Made by a program: the position numbers and the translations under genes. Shown piece after piece: positions 11,779 to 23,929 of a stretch of DNA of 64,000 bases. Position 1 is the first letter of the stretch. Each line of letters begins with the position of its first letter. The stretch spans positions 29,764,848 to 29,828,847 of the forward strand of contig CM120643.1 of the NCBI GenBank assembly GCA_051362555.1. The letters are read 5' to 3'. The notes under the pieces are model-generated. The model made no database searches, was not told the origin of the DNA, and worked only from the letters and a program-made list of their open reading frames with translations. This stretch comes from Lingula anatina (lineage: Eukaryota; Animalia; Brachiopoda).

Positions 11779-13316
11779 AATGCTGAGACGTTAAATTAGG
11801 TCATACACCATTGGACAGGTTAGGTAATTTTGGAATGGTCTTCCAATTTATAGAGATCCGGCTTACCCCGTTAAAAGGTATCTGTTGAGTCCCTTCAGAG
11901 GAGCAAATTTAAGTACCGAAGAAGAAGAATTCAACAGGAGAATGTCCTATGTGCGGGTATGCGTCGAGTGGAAGCTCGGAAACTTATTGTGAAACTTTGC
12001 CTTTCTGGACTTTCGAAAGAATTAAGAAGTTCTGTTGTCTCCTGTAGCCAAGCAGTACTTGGTAGGTGGTCTTCTGGTCAACTCCCATACCTGTGTGTAT
12101 GGCAATCAGATGAGTCGGTACTTTTAACTAGATCCTCCCACCTTGGAGGACTATTTAGCATGAACTGTACACGTGTACATTGTGCGTATGGAAAATTAAA
12201 GAGTAAAATGTAAAATTCATACCGCAAGCAAACATTTATTTAAATGAAATCTTGAATAAAAAAATAATGTTTTAACAAAGATTCAGCCCATGTGTATCTT
12301 GTAGGCAGCAAGAGCCTAGTATGTCAATTCAGCTTTTCTTCTTAACCAAAGACGTAACCATCTCCATCATTTGTTTGTCTTTCTCAATTTGAACTTCTCG
12401 CTCTTTCTTTTCTAATTCAAAGCGTTCTTTCTCGAAGGCCAACTTGTCTTTCAGGTAACTGACGTACGTAATCTGCTGGTGAATCAGTACGGCGCTTCTT
12501 AGTTAGCTGCATGTTTTCGCAATTTTCAGCTGAAAAAAAATAAGCGGGTCACCAATCAATGCAGCGTCAGTTTTTGTTACTGATATAATGAATATTAATC
12601 AATATTTGCTATTAGAGACAATTTCATGTGAAGAAAGATGTGCTGTCCTTACTTTTATTTATAATTAATGTATTCAAATACACAAAACAGGACGCCATGT
12701 GACTTTCGAAACAATGCTTCATAAAATTTGCATTAAAAGTCAAGGAGACGCCCTGTCAACTAAAGGAGAAAATCGAGCTAGTAGTAGTATCTTACTAAAC
12801 GGCACTTACCTTGCGGATATCCTGCTTGTTGTGCGTCAAGTGCAAACGGCTAGTCTACAGACCACTTACAAAGGCATGTGTACTCGTAACAACTGCTCAA
12901 AAAATGATGACCAAACAGTCTTATCATACAATCAGTCACGCGTGCGGAAGGCCAGTTCTGACTGCCTTGTGGTCAGTGAAAAATGCCTTTTTTACGGGTA
13001 AAACCTATATTTCAATAGTAACAAAAAACACAGACACAAATAACAGAGACAACATGTTTCACATATATTGCAAAAAAAAAATTCCAATATGATTTTAGCA
13101 GAGAAACGATCAATTTTGAAAGGCTTGATTTCATAAAATTATGCTGATTTGTCAAACCGTTTTTCATTAACGGGTAGCAATCTTGCTGCGGATAATGTTT
13201 TCTCTAACCGTATGTGTACACGTCACTAGACAGCAAAATATGATGACCTAAACGTAGTCGTTCGCCTAAACGTACAGGTGCGAAAGCTCTCTATTGTCTT
13301 CATCTCTTCATTTTAG

Positions 13317-13514
13317 ACTAGAGACAAACTTTTTGATGAGTTGGTGTCATTCTCCACTCCAAGCCCGGCCAAAGTCCCCGCCGCACGGCTTCTCCTGGTG
13401 GGCAGTGTGGGGGCGGGGAAATCCAGCTTCTTTAACACTGTGCGCTCTGTGTGGAAAGACAAAGTCCGCAGCCAGGTGGCGACCGGGACGGCACCCCATA
13501 GCCTCACAACCAAG
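13317..13514 (+). CDS. IFI44L: IFI44-like copy A exon 3 (Walker A / G1)
   Basis: RLLLVGSVGAGKSSFFNT; AG/GT boundaries. Confidence 0.85.
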
Positions 13515-14046
13515 GTATGTACTTGCATTATGATATATTTATCCATTGGAAAATGAAGGGAATGTTTACGAAGAGCAGGCTTCATAGGTCTTTAAAGTGC
13601 AGATAATTACATGGTTATCAAAACATCAAAATACGTTTTGAAAGAGAAAATCCAGGCACAGATTCACTTCTTTCTCTATTTATTTATTTATTTATTTATT
13701 TATTTCTTAATGAGTGAACGTTGTTAGTAATCCAGTAGAATAAGAATGATAAATATATGAATAACTCTGAGACCTGGAGAAAAACTGGAGCAAACGTGGC
13801 ATCAAAGAAGCTATGTGGGAAAGGGTGGAAAATCCAACACTGAACAAGAAGAGGCCTCAGTTTTATAACCTATTTCACATACTAGTAATGCCCAGGGCAA
13901 CGGAGACTATTCCTAGCCGCTTGACAATAGATCATTTGGCCAGTTCATCCAATTTATTTAAATTATGGAAGCTCTCAATGCTAATACAAGTTCTAGTAGT
14001 TATTTTTCTCTTATCGTTGTTGTTGTCGTTCTTTTTCTTTTTTTAA

Positions 14047-14091
<45 letters not shown>
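14047..14091. repeat. (TAT)n microsatellite at the exon-4 acceptor of copy A
   Basis: About 15 TAT units immediately before taaAG (14095). Confidence 0.9.
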
Positions 14092-14093
<2 letters not shown>

Positions 14094-14095
14094 AG

Positions 14096-14236
14096 TTTCG
14101 TGTGTATGAGATCCGCTGAGGCCACCAGACGCCGGCGTTCCGCCTGTGTGACACCATGGGTCTGGAAGAGGACCAGGGACTAGATGTGGGGGACATGGCC
14201 TATCTGCTGGATGGTCACGTGCCGGACCATTTCCAG
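14096..14236 (+). pseudogene. IFI44L: IFI44-like copy A exon 4 (G3 DTMG) with premature stop
   Basis: FRVYEIR*GHQTPAFRLCDTMGLEE; donor missing relative to copy B. Confidence 0.85.
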
Positions 14237-14646
14237 TGACGTATTAATTAGCACCCAGGGTGTTAGAGGTCAGTCCGACCTTCATTAGATATTTTAAATT
14301 GCTTTCATTTCCAGGCACACAGGGAGGAGGATGGTGTCCAAAACCCTGGTGGATATGTCAAATATTTGTTTTGCCCAGCCTAAGACAGATTAATGGATTT
14401 GTGACGTTAGGCTAACGAAGATGATTCAGCACTCAGTCGAATAAGAAATGTTCATTATGCTTAATATCGTTTTTTATTTCGATTTAACTAAATGGTTTTA
14501 TCTTAAATTCACTTTGCCTTAATGGTTTGTAGTTTCTTTGTAACTTCGTCTAACCAGAAGACTTTTACACATTTAGTCAAATGTAGACTTTAACAGAGTG
14601 CAATGAAGTTTATATACAGAAAAAAAAATATTACATTTCTCTCCAG

Positions 14647-14818
14647 TTTAACTCGGCTGTGCGTATCACACGTAAATCTCCTGGTTTTGTGAAGGACCCT
14701 GGTTTGGCTGAAGTCATTCACTGCGTAGCACTAGTCATAGATGGCAGCACATACAAGGTCATACCTCCCAAGGTCAAGGACAAATTGCTGGGCATTCAAA
14801 CTCTGGCACGTGACAGAG
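14647..14818 (+). CDS. IFI44L: IFI44-like copy A exon 5
   Basis: FNSAVRITRKSPGFVKDPGLAEVIHCVALVIDG; AG/GT boundaries. Confidence 0.8.
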
Positions 14819-14953
14819 GTAACGGCTATAACCGGAACTGAAAAGAAATGGACTATTTTTCCTTTAATGTATAGTTACTTGCATTAAAAGTAGCAACACA
14901 TATTTTGTGCGGTGGCGAAATTTTGAATACGTTTGATACTACATGCACTATAT

Positions 14954-15234
14954 CCCGCACGATAATGCAGTAGTATCGAAGTAGCAAAGAAGCATTAACG
15001 CAGTAGTGGTGTGGAGCATATTTGCAGTAGAAACGCAGTATACCCTACTGCAATTCTACTTCAAAAATTACATAAGGTTGTACAGAGGAGCATTAATGCA
15101 GTAGATTAGCAGCATGATAAAAGCATGTTTCAAATATGCTAATTAGCTCCCAATGCGAAGCAGATTTGAGGCATATTTGCAGTATGATTGCAGTAGTCTA
15201 CTGCGCTGGAGCATCTACTGCGTTTTCGTGCGGG
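14954..15234. mobile_element. CCC...GGG-ended MITE, copy 1
   Basis: TIRs CCCGCACGATAATGCAGTAG / CTACTGCGTTTTCGTGCGGG; internal GCAGTAG repeats. Confidence 0.75.
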
Positions 15235-15619
15235 GCTGTCTTTCACTTTTTAAGGAGTGAACATACCGGCACATGTATTTGTACCGTACTCGGATTAAGA
15301 ATGTGTACATTTACCCCGTGGACCATTTGAAGATTACACTGCGATTAATGCGGTGGAAAATACAATAGAGAGAGTGTATAATGATAGGGTCGCTAAACGA
15401 TTGTTGACGGCATATAGTAACTAGCCTAATCCCTTGGTCGCCTGGGTAGCCACGCCCCCTTAGAGTACTTATGTAAACAAACGGTCTCCCGTAGCGAACT
15501 ATCCTTTTGTTCAACAGCTTCGCGCGTGCAGCTGATTATGTATGTAGTGACACTATAGCTAACTGCATATAAATTTGTGCTAGCTGTTATTTGATTCATT
15601 CTGCTGTGTCAGATGTTGT

Positions 15620-15903
15620 CCCGCACGAAAACGAAGTAGATACTCCAGTGCAGTTGACTACTGCAATCATACTGCAAACATGCTTCAAATCTGCTCCGAT
15701 GTGGGATCTAATTAGCATATTTGAAACATGCTTCTATCATGCTGCTAATCTACTGCATTAATGCTCCTCCTCTGTACAACCCTATGTAATTTTTGAAGTA
15801 GAGTTGCAGTAGGCTATACTGCATTTCTACTGCAAATATGCTCCACACCACTACTGCGTTAATGCTTCCTTGCTACTTCGATACTACTGTATTTTCTTGC
15901 GGG
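15620..15903. mobile_element. CCC...GGG-ended MITE, copy 2 (inverted relative to copy 1)
   Basis: Reverse complement of 14954-15234 over its length. Confidence 0.75.
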
Positions 15904-18900
15904 ATGGATCAGCCCACTCGTTCGTTGACTTCTGTTTTTCTGAGGATTGGTGGTGCAGATTTTGAGTGCTTAATTATGTACCCTCCTTCTAACAAGAGAA
16001 AGGGGAAGGGAGATAAAAAGAGAGAGTGTCAAATGAAACGGGTAATGAGTAATACATTACATTAAATAAAGGGACTCGCGGTGGAAGAAACGATAGACTG
16101 TTTTGCATCAAGGTATGCCATTATAATCCGACATGGCCCATAACATGATCCATAACATGACTCATTGTTGTATGCCTTATATTTGTGCCGACTAATATTT
16201 TACTCTCGTTCATTTCGTGAAACTATTTCCTTAAAATAAAGTTTTGCCTGTATAAATTAACTTTGTGACATGAAGTAATTAATAAAACGCGCCTGTTGAA
16301 AAGGGGGCTTTTCGTAACTAATAAAGGTTCACTATTCAGAAAAATATCGTCGCCGTTCGTCGCCGCTACCTTCAGGAAAGCGTATACCCTCCGCGTGGAT
16401 CACCGGCATTTTTGATTATCTGACAAATTAGGGCAATTTACGTTTTAGCTAATAATTCTGAATTTACTAATATTTTGGACTAAATTCGATGTCAGATTCA
16501 TAGCAATGACGGAGAGCCGACAGAGTAACTGTTTAATTTTCTAAACTAATCAAACTAGAACGCTTGGCGATAAAATGTGTCGCTAGATCTTGTAAACACT
16601 CAGCGAAATGCACCTAGTGACTATATTCAATGTGCCGTCACTTAATTGCTTTCTCGATTTCATTAATTGACGATAGTAATTGCAGATAACAAGGAAGAGG
16701 AAATGCTGAAGACAAAACAACGTCGGGTCTTTGTGTGACTTTCTCCCTAAACACTTTTTATGTTGCTGTCAAAGAAAAAGGAGTCTAGATAGCGATTATT
16801 TAAACCACTGCTGCTGCTTTTGCAGGTAGACTTCCTCGTTTATCATTTAAATGCTCCCCTCCCCCAGCAGACCCAACTTGATGCATGTACGTCTTGGTAG
16901 CTATAGTACAGATCTTGGTTCAAGTAATGAAAGGTTTAAGCACAAAACGATAATTTGAGGCTATTTTTTCATTCAAGACAAAATAAAGTATCTATGGTGT
17001 GTGACAATAGGGACTTTACAAAGCTTAATTTGTCCTTAAATATATATTCCAGTAGCATAGGCGAGCGACGTAATTGTAACCTCAACTTGAGGTATCCTCG
17101 ATGAAAGCGGAGTACAAAAATTAACTTTTTTAAATATCGATTACAACATGCTGTACAATGATATTGAGACTAAAGGGTTTAATGGACTTCTTTGCCTTAA
17201 AAACGATTCATTTCAAAATTAAAAGAAACAGTTTTTTTCGGGGAGCGCGGGTAGACAGTTTACGTTAGGTGATTCGTTAAAGTCGAGGAGTGTTTCACTA
17301 TCAAATGTGTAAATCATATATGTCATAAAACACTATAAGAAAGTTTTTTGTTACGATCTGCAACATTTGTTCATTTATATAGCAGGGCGAAGTTAAAGCC
17401 AGAGGTAAATAGAACCTAATACCGTAATCCTCCTCGTCCATTTATTTAAATCGTATCAAAACGTTTGATACACAATGTTCATTAAATTAATAATTTTAGC
17501 GATTTATTAAAACCATATTGGTACATAAAAGTTAAAGATTAGCATAAGTTAAGCAACAACCAGTATGAAGAACAACACCCTTTTTAAATGAGGCAAGACA
17601 CCCTCTTCACACTGATTATAACCTTGAGAAAGACATTATGCAACTTAAGGTAAAGGAGTTCTTTCATCTCGTGTGTGAATACAACACATTCTTTGTCACT
17701 TTTACAAGACAATGGAGGCGAGCAAGTAGAGTAATTACAATACACAATAAAAAGGACATTAGTATAGAAAGCTTACTTCGGGTCAGCCCTTTGCTTGTTC
17801 GAATGAAAGAGATAGATATCGCGCCGCGACTCCCTTTATTAAACCTTCGTGTGTTTGTGTAAAAGTGTGAAAGACAGGCAACGGTCTTTAGTCGCTGTTG
17901 ATATTGTTCGCGATTAATATTGAAGTATAACTCCTTCGCCTGCATGTAAACGTGTTACTTTTCCTCATGTTCTCTATATTTCTTTTAGGTGGTTGAGACA
18001 ATGGGATGAGATCGATAAAAGTGAAGGTTAATCTAAACAATTAGATGCGTTTTTTGTGAAATGACTTATTAAGTGATGTGCATGTACCTAGCATGTTTAA
18101 ATTCTTGAATTTCTAATTTGTTAAATCTTTCATACACGGCCTCATATATGTATTACTCTCAGGCCTTCGATATTATTGTGTTACACGGGACTCCTGGAAA
18201 CCTGAAGCACAGGTCTACGGAGTCTTGTTATCCTTCATGCAGTTTTATGGCTGGGATGAACACTGCGAAGTAGAAACAGGCTTTACTTAGCTTTACTTGA
18301 TGCACGACAGTTTAAACAAAACCAGTCTGCAAGGCTTGCTTTGATTTGGCGTTAACCTTACACTGGTTTAAAAAGAACAAATATAAATATGTTCGATGGA
18401 TTAAATGCCGGCTTTGTTATATTTTAACTAAATGCGTTCATTTGCACAGTTACACAGATAATATTTTTAAGTTGTCTGTCGTTCAGCACGCATTATAGGC
18501 GAGTAGCTAAATAGTGACGGTGATCAATCCAAGCTCAATCTTGGCAAGTATCGTTTACAAAATAGATCATGTTGAATAAACTTAATTACGCTTTAATAAA
18601 TAATCAACACATGGTTCGGTTATTGTCACTTGAAAGCTTTCGATCAAAGACGTTCAATGAAATCACAAATCATTTGACGATTAAAAAATGGACATGTTCA
18701 AGGGGCAGTTTTTGTTTCAGATAAAGGGACTTCAGGTTCAGGTAGAGGGTTCAGTTACGTGTTTCATCGGATGATAGCATCACGCCCTAGGTCTAAGCGA
18801 GTTGAATAGAAGCTTTTTATCCAAACATCCTATTCCTAACTACAGAGTTAGGACAAAGGTCTAGTAACATGCACTGTGCAATTACTATTAATGGATCAGA

Positions 18901-20238
18901 CGCATACTTGATTGTTTTTCCTCTGGTGTCGCACGTATGCATCCTTTCTTGAGTGATCTAAAACAAGTCGCTAGTGTACCATGTTTCTCACTGTAGCAAA
19001 ATACGTTCGACATGGTGTTTCTGAACGGCAGCCGGAGACACAGTAATTGTATAGGCATGCTTTAAGCTTGTTCGAGAGACAATAACAGTCGGGTTTAACA
19101 ATAGATAGCGACCATAGTAAGACCCCCTCCTATTTAACTGATGATTTACACTTTTAATTGACCGTACTTTCGTATATTGTATGATCATACAGCCAGACTT
19201 CCCCCTGTTGCACGTTGTAGTTGGATTGTCATTGCGCCTATGTCAATGCACCTCATTTAATTTCAATATTATAATATAAGCATAATATAAGTAATATGTT
19301 ATTTCCTTATTCCTCTTTCATTATCATTCATGTTTTATAAATACTTGAACGCTTGAATGCAGATATTTCAAATTAAAACGTAAGTACATAAATAAATTAT
19401 ACATTTATAAATTAATGCAATAGGAATTTTTTGAGACAGATTGATGCTGACGCTCATGCATTTCAACCAAACAAACAATAATTAGTTCAATTTTTGACTG
19501 CGGAAATTTCATATAGGATGAAATAACTGATAACAAATTTAACTAGCAGTTTGTTAGCAACACTAAAAACCAGCTGCGCGTGCCAAACTAGTGAACAAAA
19601 GGACAGTTCGCTTCGCGTGGCACGCCTTAGCATGGGTTTAGCCTCTTCAAGCTATAATCCTATCGCCGCAACAAACAATAGGGACCTTCTGGCTGATGTA
19701 TCCTGCTGTTAATTACACCTAGTTACAGCGGATTGTCACGCTCGCGCTGGGCCACAGAAACCGGCGTCATGGGGATCGCTCGTATTAAGTATTGTGTTAT
19801 TCCACCTAAGCTATTGTGTTTGTGCGTTCGAATTTTGAAGGGATTTATATGGCCCTCCATTGTTTGTCCGCCCCCTTCTATTCACAAGATAGGGATTAAA
19901 ACATTTCGAACGTGGTTACACCGGTGTACAACGGAAACAAAATTATTCCGACCACTGTATATGATTGAAATTGCTTGAACATAAACTATTATTTAGGCAA
20001 GCCAAGGGGTGGAAGGGGGATGTCTCAAAGGTAATATATCTGGATCTCACCTTACTCAGCATATGTGTACCAGAAGACCCTGTACACTCTTCTGTTGGGG
20101 GCTTGTTCCTGGGAAATGCATGTGTTTTGTTGATTGATAAATTATTCAGACGTCTTGCTGACTTGAGTACAGTTCAGTGTGTACATATACTGCTTTAAAG
20201 GAAAGAATACATCATTCACTTAATTTAAACTCTTGCAG

Positions 20239-20555
20239 ATATCCCCGTCCACGTGGTCCTGACCAAGGTGGACAAAGTATGCGAAGACGTAGCCGAAGAC
20301 CCATCTGTGGTATTTCACAGTCGTGTCATTGAAAAGAAAGTGAAAGAAATAAGTGACGCATTCGGCATACAGAGTAATCACGTCCAACCCGTGAAGAACT
20401 ACGAGTCCGAGACCTCCATTGACCCCAGAGTGGACATCCTGACTCTGAACGCCCTTAGACAGATGACCGGAAGTGCCGAGGACTACATTGAGGTTAAACT
20501 CGACGACATGGAGGAGACCGACACCCAAATGTCTAAGATGAATATCAAAAGTTAA
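20239..20555 (+). CDS. IFI44L: IFI44-like copy A terminal exon (G4 TKVD)
   Basis: IPVHVVLTKVDKVC..PVKNYESE..DILTLNALRQM, TAA stop. Confidence 0.85.
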
Positions 20556-21116
20556 CTGCCTGGAGTCGCGCTTACCGGTGCATGTACATGTACTACAGCA
20601 CCCTCTGTTGTTTGAGTTGTAGAACTAAAACGAATAAGACGAGACTTCTGCGCATAGAGATTACTGATTTAGACATCAATCGATCCTCAAATATCCAGGT
20701 ATATTATACTGGTATAACCTCAAATTGTGATTTATACAAATGACTTGTGCAAGATTTTATTCGAAGTACACATGGAAAGTGGAACAAGTGACTACATTTG
20801 TCCTACATCCGTTCTAACGATGTCTTTTTCTACAGCATCACTTCTTCACACCAGCTGATAACAGGCACTGGGTAATTGTGTTAATTCTAGTTGGTTGAGA
20901 GAGGATTCAAGAAAGACATCAATGTATTGTTTCAACGAAATAGCAGATAGTGATGCTGTGATCGGTAATGATATGCATTGTGTAGACCATTATTACATAG
21001 AACGTCTCTATGTTCGTCTTAAACTGTGGCCCATTATTTTATTTTATTAGTAAGACAAACTATATTTGATTCCCCACTAGTGATTTTCTGGGGTTAAATA
21101 GTGAAATAGTTAAATA

Positions 21117-22777
21117 CAGGGTTACTACTTAATATGGAATATTATTTTTCGGCTAGTAAATTTCCTACAAAATATTTATTTTCTCTCTTACTCTTTTAAA
21201 TCCAAAACTGAGGTGTCACTCCATGTGTAGCCAGGTGTGTTACCTAATTACCACACAACTCTCGAAACAATTGATGCATGCAGTTGCATGTTCTGTGGTC
21301 AGAAATGTGAGGGGTGGTCTCTTCGGCAATTTCTGCCCTTGTATAAAAACGCATGGGTTTGGTCAATCTTTGGAGTGTATTAAGAGAAGCAACAAAGGGA
21401 TCGCTCTGAAACTTGACAGGTACCTTTGAGAAGATATGGTTAGACAGCTAAGCAACGCAGCTTACTATAGGATTCTTGCTCTCAGAGAAAATGGCCAGAA
21501 ACGGACAGCCATTGCCAGACAATTCAACATTTTTCAGGAACAGTTAGTAAAGTCCTCCAAAGAAATGCTACAACAGGGGAACCTACTCCAATACCTCCAC
21601 CAGGGTATCCGCGTATTACACAAAGAAGACAGAATCGCCTTCTCCTTAGAGTGCGCCGTTCTGGTCGTACTAAGACAACCAGTGTCTTCAGAAAAGAGTG
21701 GCAGAATGTCATTTACACGCCCGTTTCAAGGTCCCTCGTGAAAAAGAGATTACTGCAAACCGGTTATTTTGCACGAAGACCAGTAGGGAAACCACTGTTA
21801 ACAGCAGGTCATATACAGCGACGCCTGCCATGGGCTGGGGACCACGTGCGTTTGCAGCCAAAACACTGGAATCACGTCTTTTTCAGTGATGAGGTCAGAT
21901 ATGGATTTTTTGGGATTGACGGTCGAATCCGTGTCCGCCGACGTGTACGAGAGGCATAAAACGATGAGTGTGCACTGCCTAGGGTGCAAGCAGGGGGTGG
22001 TAACGTCTCTGTTTGGGGAGCATTTCATGCTGGTGCCCAGAACCAGTTGGTTTTTCTAGGAGACAACCTCAACCAGGATTCCTACAGAGACATTCTACAG
22101 CAAACAATGCTTCGATTTGTAAGAGTCATCTTCAGGAACAACTTTGTGTACCAAGACGACTGCGCAACCCCACATCGAGCTCGCAGAATCACTGTTTTTC
22201 TTCAAAACCAATGGGTTCAGCAACTGCCCTGGCCTGCAAACTCCCCAGAAATTAACCCAATTGAAAATTTGTGGGCGGAAGTAACTAACAGAATTAATAG
22301 CTATGGTCATCGGCCGGTAAATAGTGATGAACTGCGACAGGCAAATATCACTGAGTGGAATGATATCCGCATCCAAACTCTAAAAACCTTATCACAGGGT
22401 ATGCCTTGTAGGATGAGGGCGCTGCAAGCGGCTGCTGGAGGTCATACCCGCTATTGATGACTTTTCTTGATTTACTGTAATGATTTCTTTGACTGTGTAA
22501 CATATCACTGTCCGGAGGCTATCATTTTCTTTAATATCTTAGCTTAAAGTTGATACTGCCATCAAACTGTTGATATGGTTTTCTGGGGGTGTTCTTTTCT
22601 TTTGAATGACATCTAATGTCAGATTTTATATTAATGACCAAAATATCTCACAATAGAAGACTGGATATTTTTATCACTCATTGACATACTTTTTTGATGT
22701 ATCAAGCCAAAAAAATATTTAATCAGCACTCAAAAATAACAATGATAAAAAATATTCCATATTAAGTAGTAACCCTG
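21117..22777 (+). mobile_element. Full-length Tc1-family transposon with disrupted DD34E transposase
   Basis: 27-bp TIR CAGGGTTACTACTTAATATGGAATATT, TA duplication; transposase 21436-22457 (HTH, FSDE, VWGAF, QDD-34aa-E in WPANSPEINPIE) with frameshift and stop. Confidence 0.93.
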
Positions 22778-23929
22778 TAGTTAGGTAATGCGATATAATA
22801 AGGGTTAAAATATCTATCAAAGCATCAGTACCTGCAATCTCACTTTACAATATTAAGCAAGGTTTCTATATACGTAATAATTAGCTAAAATTTAATTAAT
22901 GAGATGGGTGCTTATTCATTGTGCTGCTAACTGAATATATTGCAATATCGCTTTAAGGGATTTACCTGTATGGTCTTGAGGGTTGAAGGGGATAAATAGC
23001 TTCTGATCACTGCCTGCTAATTCATGATTTTGTTTTTCAGTATTTGAGAGGGAATTAAGCATGTTTTTTCACTCTGTGCGGTACTTGTTGCAAGTTAAGA
23101 AATGTCTCTCGTCCTCGATTCTGTGCAGAATCTTTTTTCCAGAGGGATTTTCATGTGCCTGCCTTTCTCTATCGCCAGCTCATGGCCACTTTTTCTCATT
23201 ATGACACAGTATATTTATATGACCTTATACGAGATATGTTCTTTTTTTTTTGCAAAGGTAAAACAAATAGGTAGTTGTTAATATATGTCAATACGAAAAA
23301 AAATTCTTGTCATATTTCTGTTTTAAAGCACCTGCTTTCCTTATAATCATTGCAATTGTTCTAGGAAATATCAAAGAATGAAATAATTTTAAAAACTTGT
23401 TTATTAAATGTTGTTCATTTTTGGGTTTCTTATTCAGACCATTATACTTTCATTGAACTGATTGTTATGAGTTTATATTATAAAAAAAAACAAACTGATT
23501 TTCAATTTAGAGATATGAACTTCTTTCTGGCTAAATTATGTAGCAGATCCCAGGAATGTAGTTATATTAAATAAAACCGAACAGAGGGATAACAATGCTA
23601 GCGTTTTGCCTGGTTAATATTTCAAATCGCAATTTTTCCACCAAGTTTGACGAATTTCATATAGGCTGAGAGTTAACCACAAAGGACTTTATGTATCTAT
23701 TTCATTTTATTTATACATCAATTTATATACGAAGGAACCTACATGAAAGCAAGACCGCTAAATCCCGTAGTGGCCTCCCAGCCTCCGCACGCGCCATTAC
23801 ACGGATTAAACACCTGCTACGAGGACCCTGCAACTACAGCGCGTGTAGAGGCGGGGAGTATTGGGCAATACATAACTAGAGGAAGTATTTTAAGATATAA
23901 TAGGATACACTGTCAGAGTCGTCAATATC

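Larger units (their letters stand above)
10639..13292 (+). mobile_element. Degenerate PHIS/Harbinger-superfamily (Pangu-like) transposon with transposase and second-ORF remnants
   Basis: TIRs AGAGAGCTTTCGCACCTGYACGTTTAGGCGA at both ends, ATT duplication. Transposase C-terminus at 11855-12163 (DPAYPVKRYLLSPF..EEEEFNRRMSYVRVCVEW..HTCVYGNQMSRYF*LDPPTLEDYL); convergent minus-strand coiled-coil exon at ~12329-12530. Confidence 0.82.
7983..20555 (+). pseudogene. IFI44L: Interferon-induced protein 44-like gene, copy A (TLDc + P-loop GTPase), probably disabled in exon 4
   Basis: Exons 7983-8646, 10285-10361, 13317-13514, 14096-14236, 14647-14818, 20239-20555 with consistent phases. TLDc motifs (LLYSASRDG..FHEKCNNQGPT, IGGYT, YGPTFGG); GTPase motifs GSVGAGKS, DTMG, TKVD. 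In-frame TGA at 14117-14119 (GGA in copy B) and loss of the exon-4 GT donor (5-bp deletion relative to copy B). Confidence 0.88.

Noticed and set aside
14117-14119. In-frame TGA as selenocysteine or programmed readthrough (also 26134-26136)
   Set aside because: The paralogous codons are Gly (GGA) and Trp (TGG), not Cys; each is a single substitution accompanied by other lesions; no SECIS recognised.
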